DNA of 37,775 bases from Jimgerdemannia flammicorona (Eukaryota), in assembly GCA_003990765.1 (NCBI GenBank), contig RBNJ01000180.1, forward strand, positions 1 through 37,775, written 5' to 3'. The position numbers and the translations under genes are program-made. The notes below the pieces were generated by a model. It saw only the letters and a list, made by a program, of their open reading frames with translations, made no database searches and was not told where the DNA came from. Position 1 is the first letter of the stretch. The number at the start of each line of letters is the position of its first letter. Shown here in pieces: positions 27,437 through 37,775 of this stretch.

Positions 27437-28312
27437 ATGAACCAGCGCGAAGCCCAATTTCCTCATCATCCACCTGCTGGCCGGTGGGTCCGCCGACCTG
27501 GTCGAGGCTTGCACATGCCATCCGCTCGACACCATCAAGGTCCGCATGCGGCTTTCTAGGTCTGGCAACCGCAACGTCGCGGGCAAGAAACTCTCCTTCA
27601 TCGGCGTCGGCGTGCGCAACGAATCCCTCTTCGGTCTCTACAAGGGGTTAAGCGCCATCGTAGCCAGCATCGTGCCAAAGATGTCAAGCTTCGAGATGTA
27701 CAAGAGGTAGATAGCTAACAAAAACAGAAAAGGCGACCTTCATAGCTGGCCTCGCCGCAGACGTGACCGAGTCGATCGCCGCGGCGACCTCAATGGACGT
27801 GGTCAAGATCCGCCTGCAGACTCGATGGCCGACCCGTTCGACATCCCCAAGTACCGCAACGCGGGGCACGCGGCCTACACCATCGTCCGCGAGGAGGGTA
27901 TCTCCGCCCTGTACAAGGGCGTCTCCCCACGGCGCTCAGGTAGGCCACGAACCAGGCTGTCAATTTCACTGTCTACCAGGAAATGAAGAAGTACATGAGA
28001 AAAGTGCAGAACCTAGACGAGCTTCCAAGTTACCAGTATTTGATCTTGGGTGGCGTGAGCGGCGCAATGGGCCCGCTTTCGAACGCGCCGATTGACACGA
28101 TCAAGACACGCATCCAAAGATCGTCGTCGACAGAGCCCGGGTGGCGGCGCTTTATAGAGGTGATCACGGAGATTGTGCGCAAGGAGGGCTGGCCTGCCTT
28201 CTACAAGGGCCTGACCCCGCGCCTGCTCCGCGTCGCACCTGGACAGGCTGTCACCTTCATGGTGTACGAGAAGGTCAAGGGATGGATCGAGGTCCTTGGT
28301 CCTCGGTATTAG
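27437..28312 (+). pseudogene. Intronless pseudogene of a mitochondrial succinate/fumarate carrier (SFC1-like)
   Basis: HLLAGGSA..VEACTCHPLDTIKVRM, MDVVKIRLQ, ADPFDIPKYRNAGHAAYTIVREEG, GGVSGAMGPLSNAPIDTIKTRIQ, FYKGLTPRLLRVAPGQAVTF. In-frame TAG at 27708 and 27941 plus several frameshifting deletions. Confidence 0.85.
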
Positions 28313-30386
28313 GTGGAGGGAGGAGGCTGAGGAAGATGCCGCCGTCAGTGCGTGAGCGGCAAGGGATCGAAGTGAGGTGGGACTGAGTAGGGGTGGAGCG
28401 GTTTGTAGATTTTGAGATGGTTTGGACATTTGGGTGGTGTGCAGGTATTCGCACTGTATGTTTTTTTTCTTTCAATTGTGATTAACAGTATGCCAGGCCA
28501 GGCCAACACGTTTCTATACAACCAACGAATTTCATGTTAACTCCGTCATCAGAAATTCTATTTGACGTTACATCGCAGCTCGACATCAACAAAATTCGGC
28601 AACATTTTTAGTGAGGATATATTGTTACGCAAGCTGAAACAGCTTGCGCGTACCTCGAGGCTTACGCACAATAATGGATCCTGGCTTTGGTTGCACGCGT
28701 TCTTCCGAATTCACGGAGTTGCAATTAAATTCCTCTTGTTCCGAGATTGATTCTCATATGTATACATTTCTTTACTCCTTTGCTAATCAATTCTACGTAA
28801 GAACGCCGCGTAAACGTAGAGGATGGTGGAATGCACAAAAAATAGTTTCTTTGGCTTGCGAATGTTCTTCATTTGGACGCGTCAAGCTCAAATACGTGCC
28901 TTATATAACACGCCCAGAGCTAGCAGTTCTGGACTAACAGGACGTTAGTCTGTCTTGGGTGGAGACGACGTTTGGTAGCATAGAATAGAATACAGCGAGG
29001 AATCGTTATAATAAATACCTCACGCAGGACACTATTAATAGAAACCCATATGTATAGGAAGTAGAGAAAGGTCGAAAAACGACCGGCTCATAGAAATTGA
29101 GGCGTTGTAGAACGACCGGACGACGTGCGATTCAACGGTAGGTTTTCGTGGCCATGCATCAGTTTCAGTGTACGTCAGAATACGGACCGCGTGATGGGCA
29201 CCCTACCCTCGCTGTATACGCCGTCGTCTCCTCCTCATCTAAAAGTTGAGTATAATGTCCTATATGTTTGCACACAAGAAAGCTTACTCATTTCGAAAGA
29301 CGTTCTTCTCTGGCTTCATGCTGGGGGTACCTTGGCGTCCATAGATGATGCCATGGCCTACAGCTTGTAGATACGGCGTAGGTTCGGATGCTGGAGTATC
29401 GGATCCCACCGGTGCCGGTGGTGACCGCCGATCAGGCCCGAGGTACCCAGGGAACAATTGTGGGAACGTCTGGGAAAATGCTCGTTGCCACCTGGCCGAG
29501 CTGTTGACCAGGGAGAATGAATTGTCCAAGGGGCTGTGCCAACGACGAAGTATGTTTGATGGGCGGAAAGAATCATTGGGAAGAGAATTTTTATAGTATC
29601 TCAGGACGAAAAGGAACAAGGTAAGGCAAGATTAAAGGAGCAATGCCTTACAGAATGATAAGGAGAAACGCAAGGCAAGAAAAAAAAGCGCAACACAAGG
29701 TAGGATAAAAAAAGACAAAGATGACAAAGAGCAATGTTTGGCAAGACGTGTATATACATTGGCCATCAAGGGCCAAGAGAAATCATAGTCTGTATAGATA
29801 CCATTGACGTGAGGTCAATGTCGTAGACCCCTTTCAAATTGCCCTAAGCCCGCAGACTCAGCCAACAGGCAACGGTGTTCATCCACCTCTTGTCAATCAT
29901 ATCAGCCCACCTCAGCCTCCACCCGAGCCACCTCCCCACCTTTTCAAGCAATAGAGCGACCTGTGCCACAAGAATCTGAACACAAAGAAACTGTGGTTAG
30001 ATGCTCAATGAAATGACGGGTTATAGATTGCTGTCACTCTCTCCCGATTACTGGGTCCATCTCTGATGTCTGCGTCCTACGCAGCCAGCAAGCGAAATAC
30101 AGTGCAAAAGATTCTTTGTCTCGCGCTCATAGTATGGCTCATTTTTTGCTCGACAAAATCCCACCATGAGTCACCACGAAAAAGTCTTTGGCAACCGGCT
30201 CGCCACGAAAGGTCTTGGTTCCCCAACAAATGAAGCTTGAGGCTTGGCTCACAAAAGTATATATGCAAGTTCCACGTTCGCAAGTGCATATAAAGAAGCC
30301 TACTATTCTGTTCGAACGGTTAACCCAGGAAACAACAGCAGGTCCTCTTAAAAAGCACGGCGAAGTCAATCGATCCTCGCCATACA

Positions 30387-32663
30387 ATGCAAGCCATGGA
30401 TATCACAATTCAAACCCTCCAATCCTCCGCCTTCAGCTTCCTCGACTCCCAGTATCCTGGCAAATATATAAATCATGTATATAGCCTAAGCTTGTTCGAA
30501 TCGCTGACGATTCTACAGCGCCTGTACGACGCCTTCTACGGGTCCTTGAGCGACATACCTGGTTCGGCCGTGGTAAAATTTTCAACCTGCCGTCAGGAAG
30601 TAGGGTACGGTGAATGAAATGTCCCCTTTCCGCGATCATATTGCAATTATCGACAACGGTTTCTCATCCCTTGGTCCCAAACTCAACGTCTCCAGCTTTC
30701 TCCGCCTCGCTGAGGCCCACAAAATATATGGTCCCAGCCGAGAGGCTGTTAACGTGGCCTATAAAGAGATGCTCAAGCAGGTAAGAGCCACTATCACACA
30801 TCAACGCCGTCATGACAATATATATATTCGAAATCTCACGCACCGAGCCTCTTCATTCCCCAAAATCCAGCCGGTACGCGATGTTTGAGTTGGGAGGAAG
30901 GTCGACCCTCTTCAGTACGCGAGACCAGATTTTCAAGCAACGTGTGAGTGCGAACAGAATTCTGTGTCCACAACTTAAAATGTTTTAACCAACACTCTCC
31001 ATCTATAATCCACCAACGCCGCGTCGTTTCGCCCGCCTTCTCAATCAAGTATCTCAACTCCATCGAATCGTACATGTTTCAGTTGGCGGAAAGCCTGATT
31101 AGAAAGATCAAGAGATCGAGGGCGCTGGTGGCGATCGTGCCGTCATCGATATTTATTGCTCATGCGGAGATTGTCGTTGGTACGAATCTCCTATATTCCC
31201 ACACGCCTTTTTCCATCTTTCTCCTGACCTCTCATTGACCTACCATCTAATCTGCATCCTTCCCTTCGTTCCAGGATATCATTGGCGAAAGTGCTTTTGG
31301 TAAAACCTTCAAGATGATCGAGAACGGGTCCAACCCTTTGCCCAATAAGATCAACGCGCGGTCGCAGAAGGCCGGCCTGGAAAATATTTATTGTGAGACT
31401 TGTTTTTGCTGCCTCTTCATTCCTCTCTCCCGTTGGCTGACTTGGTCATTATTCGTCCGTCTGAAGGTGCTCGAATAATTGATGTGTGCGTCTTGAACAC
31501 AATGCATTCTCACACGGATCCTTGCAATGCCCATCCTAAGATTTTGGCCCGGAATGATGAAGGATGATCCATACATTGTCCAAGTCGATGAGAGCCTTAT
31601 TCTCCGAAGTTATTTACTATGCTAACTACACAATTTTTCCGACGTCCAATTTCCGAAGTTCGTGACCGATGTCATGGAAGAGCGCACCAGATCCGGCACC
31701 CGCCGCGACGACATCCTCCAGATCCTCACCAATACTCAGTCCGCCAAGGAAAGCAACGACCGCCTACTCATCAAGGACATTATAGAGGAGACCTGCTTTT
31801 TCTGTGAACATCCTATCTCTCATTCTCTTACACGCCCCATGTGTACGAGCCAAATCTCACAACCTCCTCCCACACCGTTTCTCAGCACTGCCGGCTCCGA
31901 CACGACTAGTAATACGATGAGCTTCGCCATCATTTTCCTCCAACACCTGGACAAGCTTGCGCGCGACTCCTGGCAGAGCTGGATACCGAGCTGGACGTGA
32001 CGGTGAATGTTCCGCTGCCGTCGCAGGAGTCCCTCAAGCGCCTGCCCTGTCATCAGCGAGACCTGAGGCTCAGACCCGTGGCCCCAGGGTTGCCGAGGCA
32101 GACGAGCAGGGACACCACGCCAGGCCCGTACATTGTGCCGAAGAATGTGGGCATCGGAGCAAGGATGTTTTGTCGGAGGCAGAGGCGGGTTTGGTGGCGG
32201 GTATAGGTAGCCGGTTTCTCACATATGTTCTTTTCGCCCTTCGTAGATTATACTCATCGCCAACATGCGCTCCGTCCACATCAACCACAACTACTAGCCT
32301 AAGCCGACTGCCTTCATCCCAGAACAGTTTTGGACGGCGCGGAGCCCGAGGCGGCTATGGACGCCTACTACCCCTTCAGTGTTGGGTAAGCCTTTGAGCG
32401 CGCGTTTTTCATTTTGCCACCCCCACCCTACTTATTAATTTTCCAATTCACCGCCACCTCGCCACTCGCTTCCATCTCAGCTCGCGCAATTGCATCGGCA
32501 GAAACTTCGCGCTGGTGGAGATGCGGCTCACGCTCGCGACGCTACGCCACTTTCATTTGACGTGATCCCCACCGAGACGCCCAAGGCCGAGGATCTGATT
32601 CAGTTCATTACCCTGGCTATCCGGGGAAATGTATTTAGAGTCGGGGTGAGGACGCGTCGGTAG
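30387..32663 (+). pseudogene. Cytochrome P450 pseudogene with introns retained
   Basis: LYDAFYGSLSDIPG, RRVVSPAFSIKYL, DIIGESAFGKTF, RRDDILQIL, I-helix AGSDTTS, frameshifted ExxR (gagacctgagg), heme motif PFSVG|SRNCIGRNFALVEMRL. Multiple frameshifts. Confidence 0.85.
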
Positions 32664-34948
32664 GGAGGGGTAGAGAGAATGGGAAGTAGGCTGGATAAAA
32701 CGTGGATGTGCTAAGGCAATTGTATCAATATTGGTGTGTAAATATAATATCTTAAGACTTTCAGTGTCCAGTTGACGAGGAAGGCGGTCATCTTTTTGGA
32801 TTAATCATGTGAGATGTGGGGATGCAATGTCTAAGTTCGCCCCATTTCAGGCACAGGTGTCAACCCGTGCAATACGCGAACATCTAAGGAGAGGATTATG
32901 CTCCTCGACTTTCGCAACCCCAAGCTGTTCAAAGACAATTGTTATATACGATGAAAGCCTTATAATTTGAACGGATGCTAACAGAATCGAACTTTGGGTT
33001 ATGTCTATATAGTTTTAGAGTTGGCGCTTACAAATAGTTGACGTAGTTTCCGTTGAGAGCACCTTGATAGTATCTTATCCCGGGTCAGAGCAAAAGCATA
33101 ATATCCAAAGCGTAAAATAGAAGATATCGAGGATCTCTTTCGTCTCTTCATACACATTATTGACAACAACCGCCTCAATCGCATCTTACAATCGACATCC
33201 ATATCTGCAGTATCAAAACGATCGTCGACTGCGTCCTCTCCGAAGCATGAGAGATATTAAAGCAATCTCCAAACCTCTCACTCTAATTAGCGCGCTGATA
33301 AATGTCGAAGCCTGGACGTTATCAAAAGGTCATGAAATAAATCGCTCTGTGGCATTGACATGTTCAACATTGCTTTCAGCTCGTTCGTTATGTTTTGAGG
33401 CTCAGGGCACATATTCCATATGGCAAGTGTTCATTACAGTGGAAACTTTGAGCGAGACATTTATGCAAGCTTCATTTGGACAAAGGCAAACAAAGAATGG
33501 CAACCACTCTGAAATGATGATGCGGACACGTGCGGTCGGCAAATATTGACAGAGGAGGTTTATTATCCCATGGCCAAATAATAAGTTAGCATGACGGAGG
33601 CATTTAATATCGGATCCAGCATGACTCTTTCCCCCATTTTTAAGCTATATGCAAATGACATCAGTATGGCTCAGAAATCAAATATGGTATTTGCTAGCGT
33701 GTCTGCTGATAATCAAGAATCAAAAGAATCAATCTCGTGTGACGTTCACGCGCAGCATTTACGCCTCCTCAAGGCATCGAGGATTAGCACCGTCGTTGAG
33801 CCAGGGGGTGTTTTCATCCAGTTCCTGCTGTAAGTACACAATCTTTGTTAAGATTTTCGTTTGCGCCGTGAGTCGTGAGCTGTGCTTTATGGAAACAAAA
33901 AGAAATTTGAGATTGCAGTCCTATGGTCCTATGGACACTGACGCTTTGACCAGTGTACTTCCAGCTTGATGGCAGGTAGTGAGATCGCCATACTCCCAGA
34001 AGCCAGAGGTACACGGAGAATCTTTAACTTTAAGGTATATTTTCTCACGGCTGCTTCATCATTTCGGGGGTATAAATTCTCACGGTCTCTTTCGCCAGTG
34101 TCATGCTCCAGCGCGATTATCGCGAATCCATTGTGTAATACCCCGCTAAAAACGCGCGCCATGATGATTTTTTAGTCCCAAAGTTCTGGGTTGTTTGTAC
34201 GTTGGTCCGAGCTCCCTCAATACGGAGAGGTCGCGGTACGTACTTCAGTATAGAGAAAACAAATAAAAAAAAAGACTCATGCATATTTAATTTGACACGC
34301 CGCCAGTATTGTGGCAATCATGGCATCATTTTCACATTTCCGGACCGAGCACGACCGTCCGGCCATGTACCGAAATTCATTTCTCTATGCGATTACACTT
34401 CCTTTACAGGCCCTTCCATCGCAATGTGGAATGGATAATAATACATTTGCGCCTGTTTCCTGGGCAACCTGCCAACATCCGGCTCGGGTACAGTCTATTA
34501 TGTGCTGTACCACACGGACACGGACTAAAAAAATCTGGCTTGGATAGACGTTTGGTTCCCAAATGGTGTGACATACCACGGCTTGTGACCCATGAAGGGA
34601 ACCAATTTGACAGCCAATGTGTAGGCTGTGTCGCAGCTGATCAAACCATTTACCCCGCGCTCGACAAAGTCCTTTTATGGTCTTCGTTTCATTCCGTTAT
34701 TCAGGGAACCAATGATGATCCTTTTTGACACCGGGCTGGATTTAAGGAGGCTCAGCCCGATTTCCAATTTCGCGTTATAGTCACGTATGACGGCCATAGG
34801 GATGAAGTAACCAAAAAAGAAAAAAAAAAAACAGGAGCTCGGATACACAAGAAAGAATATAAAGGAAGAGCTTAACTTATCGCACCCACTATTTTCTGTA
34901 TTTCCCAACTTGGCTTATCGTTCCTTCCTCGTCCCCTCATTGGTCACA

Positions 34949-35797
34949 ATGCATTTCGCACAAAAAAGACACGTCGCGTCCAAACAACTGACACAAAACG
35001 CCACGCTCGCCACTGCAAGCACGCATCAACGCATATTGTATCTGTCCGCCCTCCCTAATGAGATTCTTCTCGCAATACTCGAAGATCTGGACATCTCATC
35101 CTTGCTCTCACTCTGCAACGTCGGCACCCGTTTCCAGACCCTCGCCTACATCATCCTCGCCAAGCGGCTACTCAACAACCAGTCCTGTGTCCGCCTCTTC
35201 TTCGAGCAGGAGAGCCGCTGGCGTTTCACTGTCGACCTTAAGCTCACCAGCGTCAACCCCTACACTGGCCAGTTCGTCTTCACCCCTGTGAAGCCTACCG
35301 TCCTCCGCGTCTTCAACTCGGCCATACTCCGAAATCCCACCCTCCAAAAAATCGAGCTGCTGGGTCCCGATGTAGAATCCCTCAAAGCCCAGACCAACTT
35401 CCTCTCGCTTCCCAAGCCCCTCCAAATCAAAACCATGGGCTCGTATCGGCGGTGCTTCTCACTTCATCACCCATCCACAAGGACTACCGCATTCTCCCTC
35501 TCGTACGACGTCTCGCCCACCCCAGCCGACGTCAAGGCAACCAGGACGGGAGAGCGCTGGCTCACCCCGGTGGCGTTTGAGTGCCCACTCGTCTTCTTCT
35601 ACCCGCAGACTAACTCAACTTCAAAGGTGCTCCAGTGGATGAACTCAAAGTTCGCGCGCGGTGTGCAACTGCGCTCTTACGTCGCTCGCGGGAGGAAGTC
35701 ATCCCGTGCGGGACGTCCGCCCGGTGCGGAAAAGGATGACGTCCAGGTTAAGCCGATTGAGTGTAGAGAAACTATAGACACTAAAAGTTTAGATTAA
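34949..35797 (+). CDS. Intronless F-box domain protein, about 282 aa
   Basis: F-box LSALPNEILLAILEDLDISSLLSLCNVGTRFQTLA, coding-like composition, TATA-like motif at about 34858. Confidence 0.8.
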   Translation: MHFAQKRHVASKQLTQNATLATASTHQRILYLSALPNEILLAILEDLDISSLLSLCNVGTRFQTLAYIILAKRLLNNQSCVRLFFEQESRWRFTVDLKLTSVNPYTGQFVFTPVKPTVLRVFNSAILRNPTLQKIELLGPDVESLKAQTNFLSLPKPLQIKTMGSYRRCFSLHHPSTRTTAFSLSYDVSPTPADVKATRTGERWLTPVAFECPLVFFYPQTNSTSKVLQWMNSKFARGVQLRSYVARGRKSSRAGRPPGAEKDDVQVKPIECRETIDTKSLD

Positions 35798-35944
35798 TGT
35801 TTGGTCTTGGTTGCAATCGATCCAACCCTTCACCTTGTGTATATATCATGCATGGAATTCGATTTCCACCTAATTATCTCTTTGTTTTTGTTTTTCGCTT
35901 TCTGCATGCATTCATTCATACTCAAACCATAACTGTATAAATAT

Positions 35945-35982
<38 letters not shown>

Positions 35983-36329
35983 ACAAGATCACATACATTT
36001 ATCTATAAATCCTTTATGGACACATTATAATCTAAATAACACGACTGTTATGCTTTATGGTAATCTATTTAAAAAATCTGAAAATCCATGTCGATCAGCG
36101 GCGTAGCCAAGAATGGTTGTTCCTTGTAACGAATAGATAACCGAGATAGAACTAATCGGGATTGGACGTGTGGCGCCCAAAATATCGTTCGAAATGACGG
36201 CTCCTTACATCTATTACGTATTAGACATTGGGCCAAAATGTCAGACAATAATATATTTTGATAGATGTATTGTGTTCTGTTATTTCTCTTCATCAGGTCA
36301 AATACCAAATATAAAAAGCAAAAATATAT

Positions 36330-36649
36330 GAAGTACAAAATAAAGTTGCAGACAAATTTGCATAATAAAATATTTAAAATATAATAGTTTATATTAAGTG
36401 TTAAAACTTATTTTTAAATAAATAAATAAGTAAATATTTAGTTTAAAATATTTAACTAAAATATCAGATTTAATCAAAATATTAAATATATATTAATAGT
36501 AAAAATATAGAATTTAAATATACTGATTTTAAAATTTTAGTTAAAAAAAATAATAAGCAATTTTTAAAAATTTCCTTATATAGGCATTATATAAGATTAG
36601 ATATAATTAAATATATATATCTTACTCTGTAACTAAGAATACATATAGC
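36330..36649. other. Second AT-rich degenerate block directly abutting the hAT end
   Basis: Same CpG-free, AT-dominated composition as 25040-27340. Confidence 0.55.
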
Positions 36650-36759
36650 TAGTGCTCCGAACGAGTCAATTCGAATCAAATCCGGATTCGATTCATCACA
36701 TGACGGTTTGATTCGAATCTCAAATCCGAAGCCATCCGGATCAACTTGGATTTAATCTG

Positions 36760-37085
36760 AATCGCCCCATCTGAATCGCCCCATCCGAATCACCCATCCG
36801 AACCACCCCAATCCGAATCACTCAATCCAAATCACTCAATCCGAATCGCCCCATCCGAATCGCCCCATCCGAATCACCCATCCAAATCACCCATCCGAAC
36901 CACTCCAATCCGAACCACTCAATCCGAATCACTCAATCCGAATCACTCAATCTGAATCACTCAATCCGAATCACTCAATTCGAATCCTCCAATTCGAATC
37001 CTCCAATTCGAATCCTCCAATTCGAATCCTTCAATCCGAATCCTCATCTGAATCCTTCAACTGAATCCTCCAATCCAAATCCTCC
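36760..37085 (+). repeat. Subterminal tandem array of 13-14-bp units (ccgaatcactcaat / ccgaatcgccccat / tcgaatcctccaat), more than 20 copies
   Basis: Read directly; followed by a CA-rich microsatellite at about 37112-37180. Confidence 0.9.
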
Positions 37086-37179
37086 ACATGACTCATATGC
37101 CGGATGCGTCCACAACACAACACACACACACGCATACACACACACGCATACACATGTACATGCAAACACGCAAACACAC

Positions 37180-37775
37180 ATGTCGACAGATCAGTCTTCA
37201 ACAGTTTACAGTACCGATGATGCTTCAAGTCAAACATCCCTGATAGTTCCACACCTTCCACGCAATCCTCACTCCGAAATCTGGCAACATTGTACTAAGA
37301 TAGGAGATGATGTTGTTTGTAATTATTGCAGGTAAAAAATTAAGACGCACCTATTGACACTTTGTTTGACACACACATGATATTGTTTGACACACATATG
37401 ATATTGTTTCATCCACCCCCATGAACTGCACCAGCCAGAAGTTCAAAATGCTTGGGGGTATGACTTCAAACATGAATCGACACATAAAAGACAAGCACTC
37501 TGACAAAATCAAAAAGAATACGGAGACAAATAAAATCGACATCCAAGCTGTAGTGGGTACGTTTATCCGATTGCCTGACCATTTCTGTACCAACAACGCC
37601 ATTTAATCAAAAATTTTAGCCATACTCTTCGGCAGAATTTCGAAATCAGCTCGTTCGCTGGATTGTGTGCACAGACCAGCCATTCACAACCATCGAGAGT
37701 GATCAATTGCATAGCATCTTTGGCCTCCTCAAGCATGATTTATATTTGCCAAGTGCCGATACTATTCGCAAAGAT
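37180..37775 (+). CDS. BED zinc-finger hAT transposase, partial; exons 37180-37331, 37435-37552, 37620->37775
   Basis: SEIWQHCTKIGDDVVCNYC|SQKFKMLGGMTSNMNRHIKDKH (BED finger) and FRNQLVRWIVCTDQPFTTIESDQLHSIFGLL...LPSADTIR, typical of the hAT N-terminal region. No stops in the spliced frame. Confidence 0.85.

Larger units (their letters stand above)
36650..37775 (+). mobile_element. hAT-superfamily DNA transposon, 5' portion, truncated by the window end
   Basis: Sharp boundary starting TAGTGCTCCGAA, then a subterminal repeat array, then a BED-finger transposase gene. The right TIR and TSD lie outside the window. Confidence 0.8.

Noticed and set aside
28500..30300. Short ORFs, including a GC-richer patch at 29330-29600
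   Set aside because: No recognisable motif in the frames examined; it may be a gene relic but cannot be supported.
32900..34800. Several 65-140-aa ORFs
   Set aside because: No recognisable domain or consistent splice model.
36760..37085. Repeat array as CRISPR or telomere
   Set aside because: 13-14-bp contiguous units lie between a TIR-like end and a transposase, so hAT subterminal repeats explain them.

Overview
Eukaryotic, intron-rich fungal DNA, most likely an early-diverging (Mucoromycota-like) fungus; this assignment is inference from gene style. The left half is a core-gene block: GATOR2/SEA subunit MIOS/Sea4, a Rab7-like GTPase head-to-head with a NAT9-like acetyltransferase, an intronless membrane protein, 6-phosphofructokinase and a GRAMD4-like gene. 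The right half is a decaying accessory zone with two very AT-rich CpG-depleted blocks, an intronless SFC1-like carrier pseudogene, a cytochrome P450 pseudogene, an F-box gene and the 5' end of an intact-looking BED-finger hAT transposon. Highlights: (1) a U12-type AT-AC intron in MIOS (3265-3438) with an atypically distant branch point; (2) an inverted pair of a tiny two-exon Zn2Cys6 + CxCx8HxC gene bracketing the GRAM gene, with a minisatellite upstream of the intact copy; (3) RIP-like C>T/G>A decay that appears to leak into the neighbouring pseudogene; (4) a perfect double E-box palindrome upstream of PFK. All exon models were built by eye and no databases were searched.
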